The notes beneath the pieces were generated by a model. It was given only the letters and a program-made list of their open reading frames with translations. It had not been told where the DNA came from and ran no database searches. From NCBI GenBank assembly GCA_030295235.1, contig AP026142.1, positions 558,001 to 622,000 on the forward strand: a stretch of DNA of 64,000 nt, given 5' to 3'. Source of the stretch: Fistulifera solaris. Its lineage: Eukaryota. How positions within the stretch are numbered: position 1 is the first letter of the stretch; the number at the start of each line of letters is the position of its first letter. Of this stretch, positions 1 to 12,042 are shown piece by piece. The position numbers and the translations under genes were made by a program.

Positions 1-9
1 CCCAATAAT

Positions 10-1793
10 ATGAGAACCACGGCGTCCTATTTTCGCGAATCTGACGAGTCCGAGAGTGCTGCTTCGTATTTTTCCTTTTGGCTGACACACTGACACCGCA
101 ACAACTCCCTGCTTGGCTTTCGATTCCGCAAAGTCATCTCGCGGAAACGAACATGAAGGCACTACAATCGGAAATGAGAGAATCGTCCTATTTTACGGAA
201 ACGGAATCACGAAAATTGATGCTGGCGATCGAAGACGCGGCTGCCGGAGATCGCAGTAAAGTGGCCGGTGCGGCGGAGTTTTGTTTGTTGCTGCAAGAAA
301 CGGTAGAAATTGGTTTCAATGCGTTGGTGGCGGCCTGTTATCACTACTGTTCGTGTGTGACTGCACGAAAGCGTGTCAGTGGGTGGTATTTAGATGATTC
401 GCATGAGCATTTGCATTCGTACGGCGCACATGTTATGAAGATTTCGGAAGATACGGACCGCTTGAAGCGGTTGGAGATGGTAGCTGCGACTGTGACATCG
501 TCCGAGCCAGCGGATCGCGTACGGCCGGATTCCAAAGATGCTGAGAATTTAAGGAAGCTACTGCTATCGGAAACACATGATTGGAGAGCACTGGCAATCC
601 GATCAGGGGCTTGCTTGTATCGTCTTCGCGGCATTTTAAAGTCTCCGGTGGAAGGAGATCGAAGGACACGAGTAGCGGCGCGTACCGCACGGGAAGCACT
701 CAGTATTTATGCTCCTTTATCGAGTCGTCTGGGTCTTCACAAGCTCAAAAATGAGTTGGAAGGAGATGCCTTTCGAATCCTTTATCCGCGTCAGTTCGCC
801 GCTGTAAACTCCTTGGCACACGAAACCATTGGTGGTGACAATGATGTCGGGCAGAACATGAAGCAGCTTTTGGCGGAAGTGCAACAAGAAATGACCACCA
901 TGCTGGAGAATGACGAAGAATTCAGCAAACTTGTGGAAAACTTTAGTGTCACTGCTCGAGTCAAGGAGCCATTTTCCATGTGGAAGAAGATGTTGCGTGA
1001 CGGATACAAGCATGTGCTTCAAGTTCCGGATGCATTGGCTTTACGAATCATCGTTGATGCAAAGAAGCTAACTCCAGATGAACCGGCTGAAGTAACGCGA
1101 GCTCGCGATCGGGCACTTTGTTACTATGCTGAGAGGCTTTGCGCAGCACGCTGGAAGCCCGCACCTGATAACCCAAGATTCAAGGACTACATCAAGTCTC
1201 CCAAGCGTAACGGATACCAGAGCTTGCATTACACAGCGCACACCGAGTTCCGCGGTCAGATGTGGAGCTTGGAGATTCAAGTGCGGTCAGGTGAAATGCA
1301 CAAGGTGGCCGAGTTTGGTCTTGCGAGTCATTGGGACTACAAGATTGCAAAAGGTTCGGAAAGCAATTTCGACGTCTCCGTTGAGATGACTGGGAATTAT
1401 TTCAAGAATGTCAAGCAATGGCACTGGGAGCAACACGGTGGCTCTGTCAAAGTCGATGCCAGTCCAGCATCCTCCGAGCCCGTAACAATGTCGGATATTT
1501 GGCAGAGCCGTCGTCGTGTCGATAGAATACGAGAACGAACAGCCAAGCTAGAACCTTATTTGCAAGCAATGACTGCAGCGCAAGAGAATTTGGCTCGCGA
1601 GCAAGTCTTTGTCTTCTTTGGTTCGAAACTGATGGCTCTTCCGGCTGGGTCTTGTGTGTTGGATGCAATTCGTAGTGTCAACCCTGCTCGTGTCCACGAA
1701 GAAGACTTGGTGTTGAACGGATCTTCGACTTCTCTGACGCATTTGCTTAGCAATGGTGATGTCCTGTCTGTTGTGCAAGAGGCTCGAGTTTAA
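10..1793 (+). CDS. RSH: RelA/SpoT homologue (RSH), (p)ppGpp synthetase with degenerate HD domain and C-terminal TGS-like region; 5' end uncertain
   Basis: ORF 78..1793 contains ARVKEPFSMWKKM, DALALRII, KDYIKSPKRNGYQSLH and EIQVRSGEMHKVAEFGLASHWDYK. ATG at 10 is in another frame and probably joins through an indel near 69-79; the true start may lie upstream of the window. Confidence 0.9.
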
Positions 1794-1918
1794 TGTTCCA
1801 TTTGGAAAGTGTACAAAACACAACTGTTTGAATTGAGAAAAATAGCCGTATTACTAGATCATATTTTTGTTTCAAAGGAAGCCTAGCGTATCTACATTTT
1901 ATTAAGATTGTATTTGTG

Positions 1919-3011
1919 TTATCGATTCTTCCGAACAAACATGTGATATCGTTTTCGAAACAATTTATCATCTTCAAAGATGAGCGACTTTGCATCGAGA
2001 TTGTACCCTTGGTTTTGTGCTGCTTGCGTCCAAAACTCTTTCGATACACCGCCCCAATCAAACGTAGCTTCACAAAATCTGAACAATAAAAGTGAGATTT
2101 AAGCGCATTGTATTTGTCAAGTTAAAGGGTGCTCACAAAAACCAACTTACGGATACGATACGTGTTCTACAATAATGGGTGCACCCTTTTTGGCCACACG
2201 GACCATTTCGGCGAACCATTGTGCAAACCATCGATCTTGTCGATGTTGCGCATCTCGTTTTGCTTCATGGCTTCTGTGTCACCATTTTCGGCCTTTTTAC
2301 ACAAGGTCAAATAAGCATTCAATGGGTCACCGGTGGGATGCCATTCCAAGGGATCCGACAAGGGAGGAATGTAGGACGCAAAGACCAAATCAAACGACTC
2401 GGAGGGTACAAACGAGAGCTGCGTCGAATCTGCCTGACAAATTGTACCTAGTTTTCCCCCCGCCGGTAAATACTTCTGTTTCCCGAGGGCGGTCGCTACT
2501 TGCACCGATCCCGACGAACGATCGTTGCCGTACACGGTGATGTTATGAATTTGTTTCACTTCTTTCAATATATCCAAAACCATGTGCACCTGCAGTCCTT
2601 CTCCCAGTGCACTTTCGTATATCCAACTGTTATCCGTCAAATGCGGTGCATACTGTCGGGCAATCCAATCGTGCATTCCCTTTTTGACTTCGGCATACGA
2701 ATGTCCCCAATCATCCAATTCCATGTGTCGAAATGTTTTCATGAATCGTGTTAGGTTGGATATTATTTGCGAGCTGTGATCGGGGAACATGGAATGTGTC
2801 GGTGGTTGTTGGTCTGCGTCAAACGTGCAGGGGCAGGCATATTGCAAGGAAACATCGTCAGTGTGGATGAGAAGGGGACTGTCCCCGGTTTGAAAACAGG
2901 AATGTGGGTCGACGGATGGTGTGTCGTTTGTAGGTTTATTTCCCTGATTATTATTGTTAGAAACTGGCTTTTTGTTGTCATCTGGAATGACTGGCACCTT
3001 ATCATCATCAC

Positions 3012-3050
<39 letters not shown>

Positions 3051-3586
3051 CGTCATTCTTCTTCGGGTCGTCGTCGTCGTCGTCATTCGTGGGAAGCTTT
3101 TCGTCCTCCGATCCTTCTGGAGTAATTTTTCGATTCCATTTGAAAGCAAATAAAGCCAGTATCACCAAAGAAGTAAACAAAGGCGTCGCCATTGTTTGCG
3201 AGGACCTGGGTTGTTCCGTGAACGTGCTACCGGCGCCGTGGGTCGCAATAAACCCGCTTGTTCGAAACCGTCGTCATAATCACTCAATTCATCATCGTCG
3301 TGTTCCTCTTCAATTTCTAAATAAAAGGGATTGACGTGTCCATTCGTATTATTATTATTATTATTATTGTTGTTGTTGTTGCTGTTCTTGTTCGTCATGT
3401 TATGTTGTGTTATGTATGAAATAGTAAGTCCGGCAAGGAATGCAAGAACCACAATAACCAGCACAACTCCTCGCGATGCGGCGAAATAATAATAAAAAGG
3501 CGCAAAAACGTTTTTCGTCGTCGTTCATCGATATATCGATCCGTTGAACGCGTGTGGACGGACGCACGTGTGGAGGCAGATTCCAT
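1919..3586 (-). CDS. Membrane-anchored class I SAM-dependent methyltransferase-like protein (frameshifted, one intron near 2080-2150)
   Basis: ORFs 3410..3601, 3162..3464 and 2167..3192 chain through frameshifts. Motifs IYESALGEG, TVYGND, ICQADSTQLSFVPSESFDLVF, then EMVRVAKKGAPIIVEHVSYP|gtaag. The last exon FCEATFDWGGV...RYHMFVRKNR* ends at 1919. Confidence 0.6.
3012..3082. repeat. (GTT)n and (GTC)n microsatellites encoding poly-Asn/poly-Asp
   Basis: Direct trinucleotide repeats; a second (ATT)n(GTT)n run lies near 3348-3382. Confidence 0.9.
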
Positions 3587-3796
3587 GCACTCTACGATCA
3601 AATAGTAGGCGCAGATTCATGGGCCCCGTGTTTTAGGTATAAAACGCAAAAGCAGCCGGAGTGACATGGAGGTTCCTAGAGTGATGTGAAATGTACAATG
3701 ATTCTTCATTCATTCCGCGAGGATCGAGGGATCGCGATATACGTACCAGTACGGCGGCCATAAACAAAACGATTTCTTCCATTAATCATTTCATGG

Positions 3797-4783
3797 ATGA
3801 AAGTGAAATACAATAACGTTAAAACCATGTCCTCCTCCATCATTATTACACTGACATCATTGATGCAACCCGATCACACGGCCGTCGTGACGGGCGCCTC
3901 GTCGGGTATTGGTCGGGCCGCGTGTCTCCGTTTCGCGCAAGCGGGGATGCACGTATGGATGATTGACAATGATGCTGACGAATTAATGTTGGCGCAAAGT
4001 TTGGTCAAAAGTCATCAAGCCAATGAGACACAACAAATCATTTCGGCGGAAGTCATCGATGTTGCGAGTGCGTCGGCGATGAAGCAATTGGCGGAACAAG
4101 TATTTGCGGCTGGAAACGGGTGTCATGTTTTATTCAACAATGCGGGCATCGGGCTTGGTGGGGGTGCTTTGACCGACATTGAACAAGTTCATCATACGAT
4201 GAATGTTAATATGTACGGTCCCATTCACGGATGTTTGGCGTTTGTCCCGAAGATGCAAGCATCGGGACAGCCGGGGATCGTCATCAATACTGGATCCAAG
4301 CAGGGGATTACCATGCCGCCCGGCAATCTGACGTACAATATGAGCAAGGCCGCACTCAAATGTTATACCGAAGGACTCGAACATGAATTCATGAAAGCAC
4401 GCTATGAACATGGTGGGAAATTGCGAGCGGTTTTGTTGATTCCCGGATGGGTCAATACGAGTATTTTGCTCAAAGCGGAACGAGCGAAAGCTCACGCCAA
4501 AGGCGAATCGTACGATCCGGCACAAGCCTTCTTTCACGAAACCAAACCACAAGCGGGAGCGTGGATGCCGTCTCAAGTCATTGACTTTCTGCAACAAGAG
4601 TTGGAGGAAGACAAGTTTTATATATTGTGTCCGGACAATGATGTTGATCGGGAAACCGACAATCTGCGCATGATATGGACCATGAATGACATTGTCCAAG
4701 ACAGACCGCCCTTGTCGCGATGGCATCCGGATTATAAAGACAAGTTTGATGCGTTTGTTCAGGAACAGAAGCAAAAGAAGTGA
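3797..4783 (+). CDS. Short-chain dehydrogenase/reductase (SDR)
   Basis: TGASSGIG, NNAGIG and YNMSK (YxxxK) motifs; true start may be a downstream ATG. Confidence 0.9.
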   Translation: MKVKYNNVKTMSSSIIITLTSLMQPDHTAVVTGASSGIGRAACLRFAQAGMHVWMIDNDADELMLAQSLVKSHQANETQQIISAEVIDVASASAMKQLAEQVFAAGNGCHVLFNNAGIGLGGGALTDIEQVHHTMNVNMYGPIHGCLAFVPKMQASGQPGIVINTGSKQGITMPPGNLTYNMSKAALKCYTEGLEHEFMKARYEHGGKLRAVLLIPGWVNTSILLKAERAKAHAKGESYDPAQAFFHETKPQAGAWMPSQVIDFLQQELEEDKFYILCPDNDVDRETDNLRMIWTMNDIVQDRPPLSRWHPDYKDKFDAFVQEQKQKK

Positions 4784-4999
4784 AGTGTGAGTAAGGAAAG
4801 TTAAATGAAAACAGAATCATGCAACTACGTAGACAGCCTTGTAGAAAAAAGTGAATAGAAAGCAATTTGATTTATTCAAAGTGTCGTCAGCCCCTGCTTT
4901 ATTTTTTTTTGAAATTGGTCGAGGCAATTGCTCACTCTACAGTTGATCGAAGACGCTTTACAAGACAAAAAAGTCATACGCGCAAGAATATTTCACGCA

Positions 5000-6133
5000 T
5001 CAAGCATGCCATCGTAGGGCTTCTTCATGTCGAAAGCAATCGGGACAGCATCTCGTGTCACTTTGTGCCCCACAATCTCTACAGGAGGCAGCATGCATAC
5101 AAGAGGGATAGAAACACTGCGTTCGACAAAGAATGCCACCCGAACAGTCTATGCGCGTCTTTCCCAAACAATCCACTCGAGATGCCACCATCCCGCGACA
5201 GAGTCCGGCGGGTGCAAATACACCAAATTCACGACAATTTGTACAATGGATTGCCAGAGCATGTTTGAAATCTTCGTGTTGAACTGACTCTTCGTCACTG
5301 TCATCACCGTCTACGCTTGGTGCTGTGTGGCCTGGAATCAACAATTCGGGGACCAACGGCGGAAAGCAAGGTGGATGGTCGGTGCGAGCACGCTTGCGCT
5401 GTGGTTCCAGGGAAGGTGTGTAGGTTAGCATATTTTTCAAAGCTCCTTGCGCAGCTTCTTGCGGCACGGGATATGACATTTCCGTCAACAACAGTGTCCT
5501 CCGTTCTGTCACACGACACAGGGGACAAATCAAATCACGTGGTAGGTTGGGAGCGCACTTGACAAAATACTCATCCAACACGAGTATTTCCCGAGGACTG
5601 ACGGCAATTTGTAACACAGAGTCCAGTTTGCTTTCTTTTTGTGTCGACGACCGCGGTTTGCGGGGAATCTTGAAACGGCACGTCTCACAATTCTGCTTTC
5701 CTCTCCCACAGGGAACGTGCCGTACATCATCGATTGGTAAAGGGAGGATGTGACGGCCAAATTTTCCCGAAAACACAACGGCGGCTTCTTTCGGGATACT
5801 TTTACAAACACGAAGACACCTCACGAGCGAGTCCAGAGGAGATTGTTTGTTGCTAGACTTAAAGTAATTCAAGAAGACATCAGCGTCGTCATGACTAGCA
5901 TCCATCCATTTTCGATCCACATTTCCAGGTATGAGAAACAAATTACGATCTCGGAACTCTTTTCGCAGCCATGAAGTACAGTCCGAGGGAAGTAATTCTT
6001 CGTCAATTCGTGAAGCGACGATCGTGCTGACAAGTCGACACGAGAGCATTTCTTGTAATCGAAGAAAAGCGACAACTCGTCCCCACGGAAGGGACTCTGT
6101 GTCGACCGAATGTGGTCGATTAACGGATTTCAT
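5000..6133 (-). CDS. Hypothetical protein with F-box-like N-terminus and several CxxC pairs
   Basis: 377-aa ORF; LPWGRVVAFLRLQEMLSCRLVS; CETC, CPLC, CTNC, CRDC, CPDC. Confidence 0.55.
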   Translation of the reverse strand: MKSVNRPHSVDTESLPWGRVVAFLRLQEMLSCRLVSTIVASRIDEELLPSDCTSWLRKEFRDRNLFLIPGNVDRKWMDASHDDADVFLNYFKSSNKQSPLDSLVRCLRVCKSIPKEAAVVFSGKFGRHILPLPIDDVRHVPCGRGKQNCETCRFKIPRKPRSSTQKESKLDSVLQIAVSPREILVLDEYFVKCAPNLPRDLICPLCRVTERRTLLLTEMSYPVPQEAAQGALKNMLTYTPSLEPQRKRARTDHPPCFPPLVPELLIPGHTAPSVDGDDSDEESVQHEDFKHALAIHCTNCREFGVFAPAGLCRGMVASRVDCLGKTRIDCSGGILCRTQCFYPSCMHAASCRDCGAQSDTRCCPDCFRHEEALRWHA

Positions 6134-6237
6134 GATCCTCGATCCTTGATTTATTTAGCTAGAGGAAAGCAGAATGAAAGGAGACGGCCAAGGGTCGCAA
6201 GGGGCAAGGGCAACATCGCATCATCATGGTCGACCGG

Positions 6238-6300
6238 AGGTACGGTACCGGGTACCGGGTACCGGTACCGGTATAAGTACCTGGTACCGGTACTTGTACA
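6238..6300. repeat. GGTACC/GTAC palindrome-rich tract
   Basis: ggtacggtaccgggtaccgggtaccggtaccggtataagtacctggtaccggtacttgtac. Confidence 0.85.
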
Positions 6301-6617
6301 AGTCGTTTCATTACCTTAACAACCTTAACCCTTGCGCTGTACTGCCATTTCGGGACTGAAATCGAATTGAGTACCGGTACCAGGTAGCATCAATATCAAT
6401 CTCAAAATGCCCTTAATTTCTTAATTACTTCGTATTTGGCATTATAACTATTACATATGTGCTGCCAATTCAACTCTTTAAAGTGATCAAAATAGAATAT
6501 CAAATGGTCCTCGTTGCACTTCTGTCGCGCACTGAAGACTCCGATTTTGCACAAAAGCGTCACATCTGCGACCGTCAAGTTCAATGCCCGTGCGCTAATT
6601 ATCAGCTACACTAAAGT

Positions 6618-7937
6618 TCAATGAATCAAATTGTTCTTCAAAAGAGGGAAATCATTCCATGAAAACTCTTCTTGGGAATGAATATGATCCGTCAAAGTTG
6701 TTACGCCGGACTGAGCGTCAGCCTCCGAATCCATGAATGGCGCAGTAGGGGCTGAAGGAGCCGCCATTTCCATGTCAGACTTTGCAGGAGTTCTTTCACA
6801 AAGAGGTGACACGATACGCTGTTCTCCGTCCCATGTCTGCTGGATTTGCTCCATTGGAAATTCTCGACATGGAAGAGCCATTCGTTGCCCCGGGTAAGTG
6901 ACATTTCGATTGTTAGGGCACTCAGCGAGTGACGAGAATGTTACTTGCTGCATTCCCATAGACCCTCCAGTGATCTGACTTTGCTGCAAGCCTTGAGGAT
7001 AGAGTGCTGAAGTCGCATTAAAAATTGTCGTGTCCGACGATGGCTGCCAGGCCAGCACCTGTGTGTAGTTTTGACTCTGCGGAAACAATACCAGTGGCGC
7101 CGTTTGGTTAGGACACATGGTGGGCACGGCGCCGCTACTGACTTGTCTATGAAGGTAGATATTCCCCAGCTGGGACCCAAAGGTCTGCGGAGATATCTGC
7201 AATCCCTGACAAGGAATCATCGTTGCGTTCCTAGGCTGGTACAAAGTCTGGTCGTTCAGGGGCGGAAGAAACATTATCGGTTCCTGTCCGACATCGTTAC
7301 TTTGCATCGGCATGGAAACTCGGCGAATCATCGATATCCCGACTTGATTGTTTCCCTGGAGCTGCTGCTGTGTCTGAGCATATGTGCTTACTCCAGTGGA
7401 CGGATGAATTGCGAGGTTCTCGTTTGCACAGTGCAGATGGATCGGAGAGCTGTTTTGTTGATAGGTGAAATGCAAGCTGCAGCAACTTTTTGCGCTCAGT
7501 TGCAAATGTTTCCAAATGGTAAGCTCGCGATCAAACTTGATCTTCTCGACATGAGCACGTTGCATAAAGAGCACTTTCAGCGATGGTGAAATGCACTTCC
7601 ATTTTCTGGCAATAGCCGTCGCCAGGCCTTTGAAACCCATCTTTACGCTCGGTTCTTGAGAATTTTTTAACTTGATGAGATTTTTGGTGTCACTTCGATC
7701 GATGACGAGCGTTGCGAGATCCTGGCTATTTAAGGTATCGAGACTCAATAATTTGCGATCCCCGGCTTGAATGCGAGCGCGGGCTAGTTGAAAGAAGATG
7801 TTGTAGGCGCTGAGAGGACGCTTGGGACGCCCGTCTGATTTCTTTCTTTTCTTTCTAGCGGAGACTTTCTCATCCTGAGAAAAAGAGGTTTTATTTGACA
7901 TCACGGGGTCAATAGGTGAGACAGGATGCAATGTCAC
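6618..7937 (-). CDS. HMG-box transcription factor with Gln/Pro-rich tail
   Basis: PKRPLSAYNIFFQ...MGFKGLATAIARKWK; start probably the ATG of MSNKTS. Confidence 0.85.
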   Translation of the reverse strand: MTLHPVSPIDPVMSNKTSFSQDEKVSARKKRKKSDGRPKRPLSAYNIFFQLARARIQAGDRKLLSLDTLNSQDLATLVIDRSDTKNLIKLKNSQEPSVKMGFKGLATAIARKWKCISPSLKVLFMQRAHVEKIKFDRELTIWKHLQLSAKSCCSLHFTYQQNSSPIHLHCANENLAIHPSTGVSTYAQTQQQLQGNNQVGISMIRRVSMPMQSNDVGQEPIMFLPPLNDQTLYQPRNATMIPCQGLQISPQTFGSQLGNIYLHRQVSSGAVPTMCPNQTAPLVLFPQSQNYTQVLAWQPSSDTTIFNATSALYPQGLQQSQITGGSMGMQQVTFSSLAECPNNRNVTYPGQRMALPCREFPMEQIQQTWDGEQRIVSPLCERTPAKSDMEMAAPSAPTAPFMDSEADAQSGVTTLTDHIHSQEEFSWNDFPLLKNNLIH

Positions 7938-9493
7938 AATGTATTGCGGAGGAAGATTCGTGTAAATACGGAGCGCTATATTTTTCGTCTTCGTCTTCGT
8001 CGCAAGGGAGGTGCGGGAATGGGAAAATTTAAATACGGCGCAGTCTACAATGAAGTATCTTCTTGTCTAGGTTAACTTTTTCAATGGAAGCAACGCGTCT
8101 GGAAAATGAATGGATTGCAACTGACGATTTCAACGAAAATGAAATGATTTTCTCCGCCCGCATTTGACATGGTAAGTTAGTTCTTCTGACTTATTACCAC
8201 TACCTGGTACCATGTAGGCTGATGATTCACTTTCTCTTGTCTCTCCGTTCGTGGCGGTTCTCTGTCGGTGGCTGGTGGCCAAGGGCCAAGTGACCAAAGT
8301 GCTACTTCTACATTAATGTCGTCCGGAAGACCTGGGACTTGTTCGATCGCACCCCATTCTACAGTTTGCTAGATATGGAATATGGACGAGTCCGGTGATA
8401 ACAAGGGAAACAAAAATAATAGAAAGTGAGAACAAAACTTCTTGAAATCTTTGCGGACGTTCCGTATCATCGATAAGAGTTTAAATGCTCTTGTACATAG
8501 CTACTTTAGTTCGGTCCACTATAATCACTTCATTTTTCTTCTGGGGTCACTAGTCACTACTGCTACTACGTACTTTAACATGACAATTGACGACGATGAC
8601 ACGATGATTCATAATTCGTGACTTGTTACCTGTTACTCGTATTGCTCCGGAGTACTTGTTACGGAGTACATGGTACTTTTCAATTTTCAATTCAAGATTG
8701 GTCAACCGCTGACGCGCTGATGCTGCAAGCTCCAAGTAGCGAGCAAAGAGCACAGAGACAAGAGACATAGTGGAGTCGGAGGTCGGAGTCGGAGCGCTTG
8801 AGGGTTGAGGGGTTAATGGTGAATGGGGTGAAAGGTGAAATAATGACCTCTTAGAGGTTCTTGTTTTATTGTTTTTTCTTAAAGTTTCGGCTCATGGATT
8901 CTTCCAAAACTGCACAGAGAACGAATAATGTCGAAACTATGTACAAATAGCCGTTTTCAAATGTGTACACATAGCCTATAGTTCAAGATGGTTTTTTGAC
9001 GACTCGAGACTCAAGAAGTTGACCGCGGATACCTGATTCTTGATTGTGGATAATTCACGGTTTAGAAAGTCCTTAGGGTGTACTCCTTATCAGATGTATA
9101 AAGTGTAAATGGACATGGTAGATGGTACTATATCACAATCAAGTTCAGAGTTCAAATTCAGAATTCAGAATACAAAAACTCACTTAATACTGTGTTCTGT
9201 GTTCTCTTTCGATTGGCCTAAACTCCATAATATTCGTCAGTGCCTTACAAATTCTGTCACTGAAACATTGAAACACAGATCCTCAGAAGAGTCGCCGTCG
9301 CGTCGCTCATGAGTCGTCGTCATGAGACATGAGACGATTTTCGCCTTGCCATCATCATTCTTGCTTTTACCCCGGAGTATGTTTTTTTTTGCGTGAATGA
9401 GGAACAAGCGGAACGTGCTTTCGTCCTGATCCTTTTGTTCGTTTATTCATTCAGTCATTCCTTCATTCTGTAGCTGCTCGCGCTCATCATACC

Positions 9494-10105
9494 TTGTCGA
9501 CTCTCTCCAGCTTTCACACGTTCCGAGAATCATCCACCATGGCGTGTCATTATTCAGCTCCCATCATGAGAGACCTCCGAATACCGGCAACGTTTACACG
9601 GGGTCGTTTGGTCAATCTGGGCAACGACACGGACAGAGAGAGCTGTAATGGGATAAATGGTGATTTTATTATGGGTAACTTTGTCCATGGGATGAGGGAA
9701 GGGCACGGAACGCTGGTATTTGCCACCGAGTCCGGTGATGGAGGTGAATACGTTGGAGAATGACAGGCTCATGTACGTTGGGGAGTACAAAGCTGGAAAA
9801 CGCAACAGTAAAGGCCGTTTCTATCACGCCATCACGCCAATGGTGATCTGCATGTCGGTTCCTGGTTCAACAATATAATGCATGGCCTAGGACGATATTA
9901 TTTCGCCAATGGGCTGCAGTTTCACGGCACATTTGTACGAAACAAACGAATTGGAAAAGGAAAGTTGCAACGAGAAGATGGGACAGTCGAAATATTTCTG
10001 TACATTAGCAATGAACGAGTAGGGCAAGGCGTTCGATGGTCCGCCGACCGAAACAAGGCTTGGAGGCTATGGACAAAGACGTATCCAGACATTGTAAGGA
10101 ACTAA
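9494..10105 (+). pseudogene. MORN-repeat gene remnant or broken gene
   Basis: GNFVHGMREGHGTL, MHGLGRYYFANGLQFHGTF and KRIGKGKL repeats; in-frame TGA at 9761-9763 and frame breaks. Confidence 0.55.
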
Positions 10106-10142
10106 AATCATCACATCATGTAATACTCAATTCCCAATCCTA

Positions 10143-11550
10143 TTATGGAGATAAGCTTTGATAGTTTGGCGATGAACTCCCAGCTGAATTTGTTTTCAAC
10201 TCGGACTTGGCACTGTCATTCAAAAACCACTGAACGTGCTCTTCTGCTGAAAGACCAATTCCGCTGGTTATTTTGTGAAGGGGGAGCACAGAAAATGGTT
10301 CTTCCAACTGTACTCCAAGCTCTTCAATACCCAGTAGGAAATAGCTCAACAGCACTGTGATGGGGATCCTGCGGGATGAGAAATGAGAAAATACGACTGG
10401 TGAGAAAATCAGACACGTACGTTATTCTGCTACCATCAGAACTTACATGGCAATATGATTCCAACTATTCGTAAAGTCGGGCCACAGTCCGAGAGGTAAC
10501 ATTAATAGCCACACTTCCAAAAAAGCGAGCCAAATGGCGTGTGTAGACCAACGGTACTGGCGAGCTAAGGATGCGATCATTGGCTCCCATGGCATCGCAA
10601 AGTTGATTGACCGAGTATTCGAGAGTTGCTTTTTGTATATCACTCAATGGTAAATCATTGATGGCGCACGAAATTTCATACGTAGCACGAGTAGGCTTAT
10701 GACGAGCCGCAATCAAGTCTTCCGCTAAATCCGGACGCAAATTGGCCCGACAGTCTTCGGCATAGGCCGCATCATCTTCGCGAGCACTCAACACGTGTCG
10801 CGTCATAGAGCGAGGAAAACACCACACTGCCGCTGCCAATCGAGCAATCAATCGAATTTTGTCACGTTCGGGGATGTTTGCCTCTTGAAGCCACGCGGCT
10901 CCTTGTCGTAGGATGGTTCGAGAGCTGTTGACGATGACGCCCCACGCTTTACGTGCTTCGTCCCAACGTCCGTAGGATGTATTTGTTTTGAAAACTGCGG
11001 TAAAAAATAGTCAGAATCAAGGAGTCGTCAGATGAATGCTGAACAAATATTGAGAGTTCACCAGTCAACACGTACCGAGAAGAAGGGAAAGAGCCGGGCT
11101 ACTGAATGTAAAGAATTCGCTCGGCATTTGAAGCGTCGGGATAAAAGGTAAGAGACCTTCGTGATGCACACCAGACAGGTCATCGTACCCCGCTGCCGTC
11201 AAACAGTTGATCGCCCAAACCGCCGTGGCTACCGCAGTAATAAATAGTACTTCATTGGTGAGCTGGCGAATGACACCGGATCGCGTGATGCTCAAAAGAT
11301 TTCCCTTGAAACGATTTCGTGAACGGTGTTTTTCCCAATCCGGTTGCGTGTAGAAATTGCGACGAAAAGGTCGACTTCGTTCACCGTAGGATAGACCTGA
11401 ACCATCATTCCTTGGTACAGTCGATACGTCCAGAGCACTCTTGGATGGCTCGGTAGATACAACGACCGACGGCGTAACGAATGCGACGACACTATGAAGC
11501 GATGCAATCAAAACGATTCCAGCCTTGAGTTGCCTAGTTATGAATTTCAT
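10143..11550 (-). CDS. Plastid-targeted bestrophin-like (YneE/VCCN/BST) anion channel, 3 exons
   Basis: Signal peptide plus VVAFVTP; spliced LLL|VFKTNTSYGRWDEARKAWG; PVPLVYTRH; GIEELGVQLEEPF. Introns 11075-10995 and 10446-10369 (GT..AG). +1 indel in the A-run at 10519-10524. Confidence 0.88.
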
Positions 11551-12042
11551 TCCTTCTTAATTCAGTTCGGGCTATATCGTTTGTCAGATACAGGAAACTT
11601 TACTACATGAGAGCATATGATGTAATAACGTTCGTGATCTCAACCATTGATCATCGCCGCATCAAAATACTTGAGATACAAAGTAGATACTGGTACAAAC
11701 CGAAGAATCATCATCGCGAAAAGATACCCAGTCCAAAATTGAGTTACAGTGTGTGTCACACAGGCATTGTTTGCCATCTGCCTTTTCGCGTGCAGTGCGG
11801 TACTGAGAAAACCAAAACCCGAACCCTTCCAGGGAATCTACTATATGTCCATTCTGTACGCCGTAAACATCGAAACCGAAAGCACGTGCCCGACCCGTGC
11901 TCATTTTTTCACAAAAAAAAAAATGAAGCGCCATGATTGATGGTGTGTGTGTGTGTCGTATCTTTTGGGTGGACGCCGATCGAGGTGATGGCAAATACAC
12001 AATAACTTTTTACCACCAAGGGCCAAAAGATCGTATACCACC

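Noticed and set aside
4130..4774. Long antisense or overlapping ORFs (also 42432..43052 and 27381..27836)
   Set aside because: Shadow or intergenic ORFs with no family motifs
9761..9763. TGA in the MORN ORF as a second Sec codon
   Set aside because: It falls at a Trp position of the MORN consensus (YVGEW), has no redox motif, and other lesions are nearby
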